DNA of 41,114 bases from positions 1 to 41,114 of the IMG/VR virus record IMGVR_UViG_3300036987_000048. One strand, given 5' to 3'. Of this stretch, positions 1 through 7,656 are shown piece by piece. The stretch comes from a virus (taxonomy: Duplodnaviria > Caudoviricetes). Numbering within the stretch: the stretch's first letter is position 1; every line of letters starts with the position of its first letter. Below the pieces are notes generated by a model. It was not told the origin of the DNA, ran no database searches, and saw nothing but the letters and a program-made list of their open reading frames with translations. A program made the position numbers and the translations under genes.

Positions 1-191
1 ACGATACAATAATCAAACACATTTCATGCTCTGATTTTTGGCCTACATATAGAGAGGCAACAAAATTACGGATTGCTGTAAAAAAACGCAAACTAGCAGC
101 CGCAGCCCTGGGTTCCATCAGCACCACGAAGAAATCCGCCAGCTCCCGGGAAAACGGCACGAAGGGCGGGCGCCCCAAAAAAGTTTTATAA
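1..191 (+). CDS. 3' part of a small early gene that spans the contig junction (5' part at 40992-41114); C-terminal basic AT-hook-like tail
   Basis: Frame from base 3 reads DTIIKHISCSDFWPTYREATKLRIAVKKRKLAAAALGSISTTKKSASSRENGTKGGRPKKVL-stop (TAA 189-191). Bases 1-118 are identical to 37428-37545. Confidence 0.8.
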   Translation, partial: DTIIKHISCSDFWPTYREATKLRIAVKKRKLAAAALGSISTTKKSASSRENGTKGGRPKKVL

Positions 192-219
192 TCTAAAATA
201 TCTTCCATAATTTTCAAAC

Positions 220-249
220 GGGCCGGTTTTATACCGGCCTTTTATTTTT
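220..249 (+). terminator. Rho-independent terminator
   Basis: GGCCGGT-TTTAT-ACCGGCC stem-loop followed by a T-rich run; lies between converging genes. Confidence 0.7.
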
Positions 250-379
250 CCCACTTAGTCCCGTTTCTTCTCACGGTTTTTCTCCGGCTGTTGGCGCATT
301 CAGTGCAATATTTCTGCTGTTTCCCGGACTTCTTTTTAATCTCAACAGTCTCTCCGCATTTTTCACATATGATTGTCAT
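242..379 (-). CDS. 45-aa zinc-ribbon protein (not in ORF track)
   Basis: MTIICEKCGETVEIKKKSGKQQKYCTECANSRRK...; two CxxC motifs; its ATG overlaps the MTase TGA (ATGA coupling). Confidence 0.65.
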   Translation of the reverse strand: MTIICEKCGETVEIKKKSGKQQKYCTECANSRRKTVRRNGTKWEK

Positions 380-1545
380 CGGTGAACCTCACAAATTGCT
401 TTTATTATTTGAAAGGCTACGGCGGGAACAATCGCATTACCTAGAGCCTTTAGTCGGTTAACTCTGTCCAATTTTTGGGGTAGCCCATCATCCACTCGAC
501 AAAGGCGGGTTGCAACTTCAATCCACGGGATTCCCCAACTACTTCCCCTAGATTGCATTTCCCTCTGTCCTCCTTCGCATCCTTGTGCATAAATTGCCTC
601 GGTGTCGGGAGCATGGCAATCCTCGATGCATCCACAATATGTTCCTGTTGATTCGGTCTGCTGTTGGTGGGCAACAATCCACACCCTATCCCTTCTATGG
701 GGCGCGTTGACGGCGCAAGCTGGAAGACAGAACGTTTGTGTTTCATAGCCTTGATTTTCCAATTCAGTAAGCAAATAGTCGAATACCACGCCCTGCTCAA
801 GACTAAGGAGTCCAGCAACATTTTCAAGGATGCACCACCTTGGCTTGACTTCGGCAATGACTCTAAAAGTTTCTTCCCAGAGCCAACGGTCATCGTTATG
901 GCCTCCTCGCTTCCCGGCACAACTGGCTGGCTGGCAAGGAACCCCTGCTGTAAGAAGGAATATTGGTTCATTTTTCACCCCTTTGGTGAGGACAGGTTCC
1001 GTGGTGTGATCTTGCATTATTGCAGTTGTAACAGAGGATTTGATAGTCGTCTGGCAACCCTCTTTTGATTGCAAGTTTCCATGTTTGAGATTTGTATTTT
1101 CTGCGTTCCGCATTACCATTGTTGTATTTATGGTCGATTGTGAGGAACTCTCTTTGTGATTCTCCGCAACAAACGCATTTCCCTCCGTAGTGGGCAAAGA
1201 TTTCTTGTTTTTTCCTCTCGCAGTATTCTCTGCGACTTTTTCTGTGTCTTTCGATGTTTTGTTCTCTCCAAGCGGCAACTCGTTTTGTGTTACACGGTCT
1301 GCAATACGACTCATTAGGAGCGACTTCGCTTTCCCTACATTCTGGGCATATTCTAGCCATTGATCCTCCGGTGCATAATGAAATGTTTTAATGTCATCCC
1401 AAATCGGTACTCCCTTAAAATTTTTCTGTAAGACCTTCTGGCAGAAAGGGTCTATCTCAACAAACTGAACCGTCTTAATTCCGTTCCACCTTGCCGCTAA
1501 AGCAAAGCCGCCAATGCCGGAGAACAAATCAATATGCGTTCTCAT
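376..1545 (-). CDS. dcm: C5-cytosine DNA methyltransferase, alpha polypeptide, with ~135-aa insertion
   Basis: Motif I DLFSGIGG, IV GVPCQP, VI ENV, VIII HRRDRVWI and X LGNAIVP are present. A canonical motif IX is not evident in this frame. A long insert lies between DDIKTF and LTAGVPCQ. Confidence 0.92.
   Translation of the reverse strand: MRTHIDLFSGIGGFALAARWNGIKTVQFVEIDPFCQKVLQKNFKGVPIWDDIKTFHYAPEDQWLEYAQNVGKAKSLLMSRIADRVTQNELPLGENKTSKDTEKVAENTARGKNKKSLPTTEGNAFVAENHKESSSQSTINTTMVMRNAENTNLKHGNLQSKEGCQTTIKSSVTTAIMQDHTTEPVLTKGVKNEPIFLLTAGVPCQPASCAGKRGGHNDDRWLWEETFRVIAEVKPRWCILENVAGLLSLEQGVVFDYLLTELENQGYETQTFCLPACAVNAPHRRDRVWIVAHQQQTESTGTYCGCIEDCHAPDTEAIYAQGCEGGQREMQSRGSSWGIPWIEVATRLCRVDDGLPQKLDRVNRLKALGNAIVPAVAFQIIKAICEVHR
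450..971 (-). CDS. Putative MTase beta polypeptide (TRD/motif IX) in an alternative frame, EcoHK31I-beta-like
   Basis: Contains MLPTP and a C-terminal LQPAFVEWMMGYPKNWT resembling motif IX. Has an SD-like GGGGTG, and its ATG overlaps the HNH stop. Confidence 0.7.
   Translation of the reverse strand: MNQYSFLQQGFLASQPVVPGSEEAITMTVGSGKKLLESLPKSSQGGASLKMLLDSLVLSRAWYSTICLLNWKIKAMKHKRSVFQLAPSTRPIEGIGCGLLPTNSRPNQQEHIVDASRIAMLPTPRQFMHKDAKEDRGKCNLGEVVGESRGLKLQPAFVEWMMGYPKNWTELTD
968..1360 (-). CDS. HNH endonuclease nested inside the MTase gene
   Basis: N-terminal CxxC..CxxC, then CVCCG..LTIDH..N..QILCYNCN HNH core; GGAGG SD at 1365-1369. Confidence 0.85.
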   Translation of the reverse strand: MARICPECRESEVAPNESYCRPCNTKRVAAWREQNIERHRKSRREYCERKKQEIFAHYGGKCVCCGESQREFLTIDHKYNNGNAERRKYKSQTWKLAIKRGLPDDYQILCYNCNNARSHHGTCPHQRGEK

Positions 1546-1583
1546 CGCTTCACCTCGCCTCCAGTTGAATTCCCCTCATGATA

Positions 1584-2138
1584 TCACTGCAAAAGTTTTG
1601 TTTTATGATTAAAACCTATCTGAACAACTTCAATTTCTATTTCATGTCCGGTCTTGAAATTTTCCTGCTCACACGTCCCGACGAGGTAATCAGGATGTTT
1701 TCCCGCCCGCGCTGAAATAACGTCATAAAGTCGCTCAAACTCTTTCTGCTTCCACTTCTCTTCACTCTTTTCCATCATGCAAAGCTGTGGCCAACCACCC
1801 ATAGCGTTAATCACCGAATGAATGGCAGGATCATCAAACTTAACACTCTGATAATTTCCGATCCGAGCAACCGAATTTAAAACTTCCAGCCAGGCCAATG
1901 TAGCCTTATTCGCTTTCTTGCCTAGGAGAATATCCCGGAAATCTGCTGGCTTTGGGAAAAATTTATTTTCATAAATAATTTCTTTAAATGCCGCTTCACA
2001 CTCTTCATCGCTAAACGGCTCTAAAACTTTCCAGTATAAATCCGTCAGCAACTTCGACATGGTGCGGTCGTGAAGTTCACAAAGCGTTGCTAAATATTCC
2101 TTGAATTTAATTTCGTCTCTCATGCCGGAGGCCTCCAT
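1584..2138 (-). CDS. Replication-module protein (DUF6475-like / helicase-loader position)
   Basis: FFPKPADF motif and FDDPAIHSVINAMGGW segment; directly downstream of the initiator. Confidence 0.65.
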   Translation of the reverse strand: MEASGMRDEIKFKEYLATLCELHDRTMSKLLTDLYWKVLEPFSDEECEAAFKEIIYENKFFPKPADFRDILLGKKANKATLAWLEVLNSVARIGNYQSVKFDDPAIHSVINAMGGWPQLCMMEKSEEKWKQKEFERLYDVISARAGKHPDYLVGTCEQENFKTGHEIEIEVVQIGFNHKTKLLQ

Positions 2139-2869
2139 TCATCAAGCATTTTGACAGTTCTGATTGTTTTATCTGATACTTTTCCGGCGAGGGGGTGGGA
2201 TTCTGTTTCCTCATCTTCCCACCTTTTCCCATTTAACCACGTCGCCGGATATGGGATATATTTCCCTTTTTCTTTTATCCACTCAGCAGATGTTTTTGAC
2301 TTATTGATTACCTCAATGATTGTTTCTAATAACTCATTATCGGGATTCAGTTTCTTAAATGCTTTCTCTGCCTCTTTCTTTGCTTTCCTTTTAGGGTATG
2401 TTTTCCAGAACTTCAAAAACGCATCATTTATTTTATTTAGATCAGATAAAGATATAGGATAAGATTCCCCGCCATCCGGCGTGTCGTTTTCTCTTAACCG
2501 TCCATTAACCGTTAATAATCCGTTAAATGGTGGTAATAAACTTTCTTTCTCTGTGTTGTGTGGTGATTGATGTTTGTTAAATTCAGGAATATCTATATAA
2601 TTTCGGTTATTTACCGTATAGCGGCGAATAAAAACCTTTTCTGGTCGATCTTGAATTTTGGGGCAACAGAGCATATTTAGATATTTCTCTATGTTAATAT
2701 TGTCGTACGGGAAAATTTCAGCCTTTAAATATTTTGGCCTATCTTCTAACCTGCCCTCTCGATCTGCAAAACACCACATTCCCTGATAAAGCAATCTGGC
2801 CTCATAGGGTAGTGTCGCTAAATCTTCATCTTTAAAAAAGTCTGGTTTCAATGATCTTATTCTTGCCAT
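2120..2869 (-). CDS. Phage replication initiator (replisome organiser)
   Basis: MARIRSLKPDFF..ARLLYQGMWCFADREGR N-terminus and FWKTYPKRKAK..YPATWLNGKRWEDE C-terminus, typical of lambdoid initiators. Confidence 0.85.
   Translation of the reverse strand: MARIRSLKPDFFKDEDLATLPYEARLLYQGMWCFADREGRLEDRPKYLKAEIFPYDNINIEKYLNMLCCPKIQDRPEKVFIRRYTVNNRNYIDIPEFNKHQSPHNTEKESLLPPFNGLLTVNGRLRENDTPDGGESYPISLSDLNKINDAFLKFWKTYPKRKAKKEAEKAFKKLNPDNELLETIIEVINKSKTSAEWIKEKGKYIPYPATWLNGKRWEDEETESHPLAGKVSDKTIRTVKMLDEWRPPA
2493..2530. repeat. Short iteron-like repeats (TAACCGT/CCGTTAA) within the initiator gene; candidate origin
   Basis: cttaaccgtccattaaccgttaataatccgttaaatgg in the linker region of the initiator gene, where lambdoid origins lie. 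Confidence 0.45.
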
Positions 2870-2907
2870 TTTCTTCTCTTACTCTCCCTTTGAGTTCCCT
2901 AATTATT

Positions 2908-2960
2908 GGGCGGCAGGGCGATAGGGTGTCGCCTTTTCGGGTCATGTTCCCTAGCCGCCT
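2908..2960 (-). ncRNA. Structured cis-RNA element upstream of the replication gene
   Basis: Outer stem GGCGGC/GCCGCC encloses an inner GGCGA/TCGCC hairpin and a CCCGAAAAG segment; GC-rich island in an AT-rich context. Confidence 0.35.
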
Positions 2961-3343
2961 TGTGAATTAAATTTCTCCAACATAACTTTAAGCGTGATCT
3001 TCCAATTCTCTTTAAAAAACTGGTTATTTTTTACGATTTGATTTTTTCGTTCTGTTAATTCTTGAAGCCATCCTTCGGGTCTCTTTCCTGATTTAAGCCA
3101 TTTTTCTTTAAAGTCGGGGTCAAGGTGAGCCGCTTCGTTTCCGTTGGTATGGTGGATATGGCAGAGGCAAATCCCATTAAGGGGGTCATACCGGACAGAT
3201 TGATTTTTCTTATTGTAATAGTGGTGTGGGTGTAATTGCGTTGCGTTAACCGTACATCCGGGGTATTCGCATTTATAATTGGCTTGCTTTAGAACAGCTT
3301 CACGAAACATTTTTAAAAGGGTTGCGTCTGATACTTTTCTCAT
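2951..3343 (-). CDS. NinG-like HNH nuclease
   Basis: CEYPGC..HPHH..RYDPLNGICLCHIHH. Confidence 0.75.
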   Translation of the reverse strand: MRKVSDATLLKMFREAVLKQANYKCEYPGCTVNATQLHPHHYYNKKNQSVRYDPLNGICLCHIHHTNGNEAAHLDPDFKEKWLKSGKRPEGWLQELTERKNQIVKNNQFFKENWKITLKVMLEKFNSQGG

Positions 3344-3906
3344 TCGTCCACCCCCCTCGTTCCGTCAAAGCACTGAGCAACCAAATCGGTAGCGTCCATA
3401 GCCTCTAAATCAATATTTCGGGTATGCAGGGCTAGTTTGTTTCGCCAGTAAATCGCAAGATGAATAAATCCAAACTCCAAACACTTGATAATTCGTTTCG
3501 CGCCCAGCCGCTTAAATTCGGCCAGTAGCTTCTCTTTCCATTCCTGCCGGAAGGTCTGTTCGTCCACGGTGATAATCTGATTTGCTCGCCGGTGTACTTC
3601 TTGTGCCCATTCTTCTGTGCGGACGCCCGCCCTTATAATGGCCTGCCTGAATAATCTTGGCGATAAATGAGCGGATAATAAATTGCCTGTATGATGACCG
3701 GCGCAGAGATTTATGGCGCAAAAATAATCGTATTTTATTGCTGTATTTGTTCTCTTGGAAAACCAATGGTGGGGATCGCAGTCGGTGTTTTTGCATTCTG
3801 GAAATTCGCAATGGCCGCCGGCGCGGATGGAAACAATTTCGCGTAGAAGGTTATCCAGATATCGATCAGAAATACAACTCATTCGCCCCCCGGCTATGTC
3901 AGACAA
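3340..3906 (-). CDS. NinG-like HNH nuclease paralog (likely start 3882)
   Basis: CEFPEC..DPHH..KYDYFCAINLCAGHH; visibly similar to the adjacent gene. Confidence 0.7.
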   Translation of the reverse strand: MSDIAGGRMSCISDRYLDNLLREIVSIRAGGHCEFPECKNTDCDPHHWFSKRTNTAIKYDYFCAINLCAGHHTGNLLSAHLSPRLFRQAIIRAGVRTEEWAQEVHRRANQIITVDEQTFRQEWKEKLLAEFKRLGAKRIIKCLEFGFIHLAIYWRNKLALHTRNIDLEAMDATDLVAQCFDGTRGVDE

Positions 3907-3937
3907 AATGTATTACAAAAAATTTGACAAAAAAAAT

Positions 3938-4153
3938 TTATAATTTATCCATGTCAACTTTCGCTTGTGGGAAAAGAAACGCCATTAATGGAACTTTTCC
4001 CTCTGTCAATTCATGAAACTTTTTAGCATTCGCTGGCCGCAAAGGACGACCGTTATATGCTCTCCAAACTGTTGCATTTGAGCACTTTTTTTCATCAGCA
4101 AAAGCGTTGGGTGTGATTTTTTTATCATCCAGATATTTTTTGAATGTTTTCAT
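3938..4153 (-). CDS. cro: Cro-like HTH regulator
   Basis: 71-aa basic HTH; first gene of the leftward arm, divergent from the cI-like ORF. Confidence 0.7.
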   Translation of the reverse strand: MKTFKKYLDDKKITPNAFADEKKCSNATVWRAYNGRPLRPANAKKFHELTEGKVPLMAFLFPQAKVDMDKL

Positions 4154-4161
4154 GGAAAGGG

Positions 4162-4190
4162 ATTATTTCACAAGTGAAGATAAAAGTCAA
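4162..4190 (-). promoter_or_regulatory. sigma70 promoter for cro (probably leaderless mRNA)
   Basis: TTGACT (4190-4185), 17-nt spacer, AATAAT (4167-4162); the cro ATG at 4153 has no SD. Confidence 0.65.
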
Positions 4191-4444
4191 GGACAAATTT
4201 CCACTTATGGAGAGCGTATCCTTAGTTGAAAATGAATTGAATCGGCGCGGCTGGAATAAAGCCAGATTAGTTAAGGAATCTGGAATCAGTTCAAGGGCCG
4301 CAACCTGTTTTTTTCAAGATGGGAAAATCAACTCTGAAAATACTTTCCGAATTTTACATATATTTTACCCCCTTTTAGGCATTCCTGCAAGAAAAAATCT
4401 TCATATATGTAAAATATTTCTTGACAATGTTCTTCACTTATGAA
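4167..4444. promoter_or_regulatory. Repressor operators, consensus TTCA-N4-TGAA
   Basis: TTCACAAGTGAA 4167-4178, TCCACTTATGGA 4200-4211, TTCATATATGTA 4400-4411, TTCACTTATGAA 4433-4444; two lie in promoter spacers. Confidence 0.7.
4207..4443 (+). CDS. CI-like XRE HTH repressor, apparently C-terminally truncated
   Basis: RRGWNKARLVKESGISSRAATCFF HTH. No S24 peptidase domain; the last ~25 codons run through operator/promoter DNA. Confidence 0.55.
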   Translation: MESVSLVENELNRRGWNKARLVKESGISSRAATCFFQDGKINSENTFRILHIFYPLLGIPARKNLHICKIFLDNVLHL

Positions 4445-4449
4445 ATACT
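4421..4449 (+). promoter_or_regulatory. sigma70 promoter of the rightward early operon
   Basis: TTGACA 4421-4426, 17-nt spacer, AATACT 4444-4449. Confidence 0.7.
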
Positions 4450-4638
4450 TCCATCAAACAAAAGCCCGCTTATCTCTGGCGGTCGCAACACGAAGACGCA
4501 GAGAGTATCAACTGAAATAGAAGTCGTAGGTTGGGAGTGAAGCGGATGAGGAGGCGAAAGTGGAAATTATTTTTGCAACTGTAGTGGCGTCAATCATTGT
4601 CGCGGGCGGCGTTGTACTTTGCGGCGCAATCAGGAGGG

Positions 4639-4779
4639 ATGATGAAAGAAATAGACGTGATCGCTTTGGCGACGACGAAATTTAAGAGGCCTGTCCAGGC
4701 TGAGGAGATTGCCGGAATGGGCTTTGCCGTCTTCTGCCTGATCGTCGCTGGAATTTGTATCGTGCTGAGGTGGGTATGA
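4639..4779 (+). CDS. Small membrane protein
   Basis: GGAGGG SD before ATG 4639; C-terminal hydrophobic helix. Confidence 0.55.
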   Translation: MMKEIDVIALATTKFKRPVQAEEIAGMGFAVFCLIVAGICIVLRWV

Positions 4780-5036
4780 AAGCCTATTATAACGAGAGAA
4801 CACGGCGGCTAGAGTTCCGCGACGATTCAGGGATGGGCAGAAAAATCAAGTTCGTCATTCTTGCTCTTCCAGTTCTTTTTCTCATTATCGTTGCTCTACT
4901 TTTGGCCGTCGGCGTCACACCGGAGCCAGCGAAAAAGGCCGCGACTATCGAGATCAACGACACGCTGCACCACGGAATAGATAAGCGCGGGAACATTGTG
5001 TACGAAAACGAAACGCACGTATGCAGGATCAAATGA
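4776..5036 (+). CDS. Small membrane protein
   Basis: ATGA-coupled; one transmembrane segment. Confidence 0.6.
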   Translation: MKAYYNERTRRLEFRDDSGMGRKIKFVILALPVLFLIIVALLLAVGVTPEPAKKAATIEINDTLHHGIDKRGNIVYENETHVCRIK

Positions 5037-5332
5037 ATCAGTGGACTTTTGAAGATTGGCTGAAAGTCGCCCGGTATGAGGGACCGGTTGACCCGATGAT
5101 TGACTTCGACCGGCTGCAAGGACAGACGAAACGCATCCACGATTTAATGATTGATGGCGTTTGGCGGACACTGGCCGAGATCGAGGCTATTACCGGATAT
5201 CCGCAAGCGAGCGTGAGCGCACAACTCAGGCATTTGAAGAAGAGTCGCTTCGGCGGGCACATCTTAACTAAGCGCCGCCGATATGAAAACAAAGGTGTTT
5301 GGGAATATGAGCTTTTAGAAAGAAAATATTAG
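5033..5332 (+). CDS. Winged-HTH phage protein
   Basis: WRTLAEIEAITGYPQASVSAQLRHLKKSRFG HTH; ATGA-coupled start. Confidence 0.75.
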   Translation: MNQWTFEDWLKVARYEGPVDPMIDFDRLQGQTKRIHDLMIDGVWRTLAEIEAITGYPQASVSAQLRHLKKSRFGGHILTKRRRYENKGVWEYELLERKY

Positions 5333-5340
5333 GAGGAGCA

Positions 5341-5535
5341 ATGCCAGACGTTATTAGAGAGGGCACTAATCAGTACGGATATCCGACAATCGGCGTCTGC
5401 ACGGTTACTAAAAGCGGTGAGTTTTGGACTGATCGTAGTTTAAAATTTTGGCAAACCGTATTGGATAACATCGACCGCATACGGCAGATCGTTGACCGCC
5501 AGGAACATCCGCATGGACATGACGACAAATATTAA
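5341..5535 (+). CDS. Hypothetical protein
   Basis: AGGAGGAG SD; operon context. Confidence 0.7.
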   Translation: MPDVIREGTNQYGYPTIGVCTVTKSGEFWTDRSLKFWQTVLDNIDRIRQIVDRQEHPHGHDDKY

Positions 5536-5550
5536 AATCAGGAGGCCGAG

Positions 5551-5793
5551 GTGACACCCACTTATACAATTAAATATCAGGTTGATGAAAAAGAGTTTGA
5601 AGTTGACATCGAGGACGTTCTTTTAGGCAAAACCGGACTGTGCTTAGAGAAGCGAACCCTTGCCGATTATCGGGTGGTGGGTGTCGGTGATCGGGCAGAC
5701 GAAAGCACGATAGGACTGATGGAAACGATAATTAATCTTAACTTTGAAAACTTTGAAAAACAGGCAGTACAACAACTGATGGAGAGAGTATGA
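5551..5793 (+). CDS. Hypothetical protein
   Basis: AGGAGG SD, GTG start, overlaps next gene. Confidence 0.65.
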   Translation: MTPTYTIKYQVDEKEFEVDIEDVLLGKTGLCLEKRTLADYRVVGVGDRADESTIGLMETIINLNFENFEKQAVQQLMERV

Positions 5794-6524
5794 TCGAACA
5801 CGCTAAAGAATCGGGGCATTGGTATAAAAAAGACGGAACTCCGGCCTATACGATAATCGGGAAGAACGGCAAAGAGCGAAACACGACCTTGAGGGACGCA
5901 CGGAAAGAAAACCTTTTGCCAAGCGTGACCTCAATTATCAGACTTGCGGCGGCTCCGGGGCTTGAGAACTGGAAAGCACAGCAAGTCTTGATGTCGGCGT
6001 TGACCTCAGAACGAAAACCGGACGAAACGGAAGAACAGTACATAAGCCGGATTATTTCAGATGCGAACGAACAGTCTTTAAAGGCGAGGGAAAGAGGAAC
6101 TTTAATTCACGCCTATGTTCAGAGTGGCTTTGAGGGTGAAACACTAAACAGCGAGGCGTATAAATATTATTTATCAGCCAAAAACACGATTGAGGATGAC
6201 CTTAATGTAGAAATGGATTGGATATGTGAAATGCCATTCGCCGCAGATAGATACGGAGGAAAGATAGACCTACGAAGCCCCGAATACATTATCGACATCA
6301 AAACAACCGAAAAGGATTTAACGGAAATTAAAACATGGGACGAACACGCCATGCAGTTGGCCGCCTATCGTAGCGGTCAACAGAAATGCGGAATACTTTA
6401 TATCAACGTCAACACGGCAGAGTCAAAACTTATCTGGATTGATGAGGAAGAACTTCAAAAAGGTTGGAAGTGTTTTAATGCACTATTAGATTTTTATTAC
6501 GCAAAAACAGGACTAGGAGGATAA
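5790..6524 (+). CDS. PD-(D/E)xK exonuclease
   Basis: LPSVTSII..RGTLIH..E..YGGKIDL..IIDIKT..QLAAY motifs; adjacent to ERF. Confidence 0.85.
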   Translation: MIEHAKESGHWYKKDGTPAYTIIGKNGKERNTTLRDARKENLLPSVTSIIRLAAAPGLENWKAQQVLMSALTSERKPDETEEQYISRIISDANEQSLKARERGTLIHAYVQSGFEGETLNSEAYKYYLSAKNTIEDDLNVEMDWICEMPFAADRYGGKIDLRSPEYIIDIKTTEKDLTEIKTWDEHAMQLAAYRSGQQKCGILYINVNTAESKLIWIDEEELQKGWKCFNALLDFYYAKTGLGG

Positions 6525-6525
6525 T

Positions 6526-7263
6526 ATGGAAAACATAGCAGTTTATGAAGCAATTAACGCAGTTCAGGATGATATGGCGAAGGTTGGAATTTCCAAAGAT
6601 AAGAAGAACGTACAACAGGGATATAATTTCAGGGGCATTGATGATGTGTACGGCGCACTAGCACCGTTACTCGCTAAACATAAACTTTGCATTATCCCCT
6701 TTACCGTCAACCGGACGGTTACAGAAAGGACAACAAAATCCGGTGGCGCATTGTTTTATGTCACGGTTGATTGTGAGTTTCATTTTGTGTCTGCCGTTGA
6801 TGGCTCCAAGCATATCGCACGAACTTTCGGTGAAGCAATGGATTCGGGTGATAAGGCAACAAACAAAGCCATGAGTTCCGCTTATAAATATGCCGCATTT
6901 CAGACATTCTGTATTCCGGTTGACGTTGTTGACGCGGACGCTGAAACACATGAAGTAATACCCAAGGCCAAGAAAGACGTTAAGGAAACCGCGCCAGAAA
7001 AAAAGGCACAACCGGTTCCAGAGCCACAAGAAAACATCGTTGTTTTTTCTACACTTAAAGACATTCAAGTAAAATCAGGAAAGACAAACGGGAAGGATTG
7101 GAAACTCTTTACTCTGTTTACTGATACAGGCGACACCTACGGGACATTCGATGAAGCCACAGCAGACTTAGCAAGCTCCCTTATTAAAAGCGGTGATTTG
7201 GCGAAGATTGAGTTTTCCATGACCACAAAAGGCAATAAGCAGATCGTATCATTGGAGCAGTAA
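6526..7263 (+). CDS. erf: ERF-family single-strand annealing protein
   Basis: YNFRGIDDVY and GEAMDSGDKATNKAMSSAYKYA..FCIP motifs. Confidence 0.9.
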   Translation: MENIAVYEAINAVQDDMAKVGISKDKKNVQQGYNFRGIDDVYGALAPLLAKHKLCIIPFTVNRTVTERTTKSGGALFYVTVDCEFHFVSAVDGSKHIARTFGEAMDSGDKATNKAMSSAYKYAAFQTFCIPVDVVDADAETHEVIPKAKKDVKETAPEKKAQPVPEPQENIVVFSTLKDIQVKSGKTNGKDWKLFTLFTDTGDTYGTFDEATADLASSLIKSGDLAKIEFSMTTKGNKQIVSLEQ

Positions 7264-7656
7264 ATGAATCCAGTATTTACCGGCAGAATAGAAAAGGGCA
7301 AGTATATTCTCGATAACACGAACCGTTACCTTGTACAGGTCAGCAGACTTGAAGGGCAGAGAATTGAACTTGTATTAAGAAAAGAGAAAAGTCAGAGAAG
7401 CCTTAACCAGAACTCGTATTATCATGGTGTAGTTGTGGCGATACTTGCTGAATATTGCGGGTACGAGCCGGAAGAAATGCACGAAGCGTTAAAAGACAAG
7501 TTTCTTTCGGTGGGATTAGACGACCACGGCTTGAAGAAGATCAAAAGCACGACAAAGTTAAGCACAACTGAAATGGAAGATTACCTAGAAAAGATTAAAA
7601 GATGGGCGGCGACTGAACTGAATTGCTACATTCCAGATCCAAACGAGGCGATATGA
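7264..7656 (+). CDS. NinB/Orf-like recombination accessory protein
   Basis: RSLNQNSYYH..EEMHEALK..STTKLSTTEMEDYLEKI. Confidence 0.75.
   Translation: MNPVFTGRIEKGKYILDNTNRYLVQVSRLEGQRIELVLRKEKSQRSLNQNSYYHGVVVAILAEYCGYEPEEMHEALKDKFLSVGLDDHGLKKIKSTTKLSTTEMEDYLEKIKRWAATELNCYIPDPNEAI

Noticed and set aside
1-118. Contig ends as true terminal repeats
   Set aside because: The two ends do not overlap each other; they are consecutive parts of one gene separated by a 16-nt gap, consistent with an assembly break in a two-copy repeat.
968-1375. MTase insert as an intein or group I intron
   Set aside because: No Cys/Ser start with His-Asn end in the MTase frame, and the HNH fills almost the whole insert, leaving no room for a ribozyme core.
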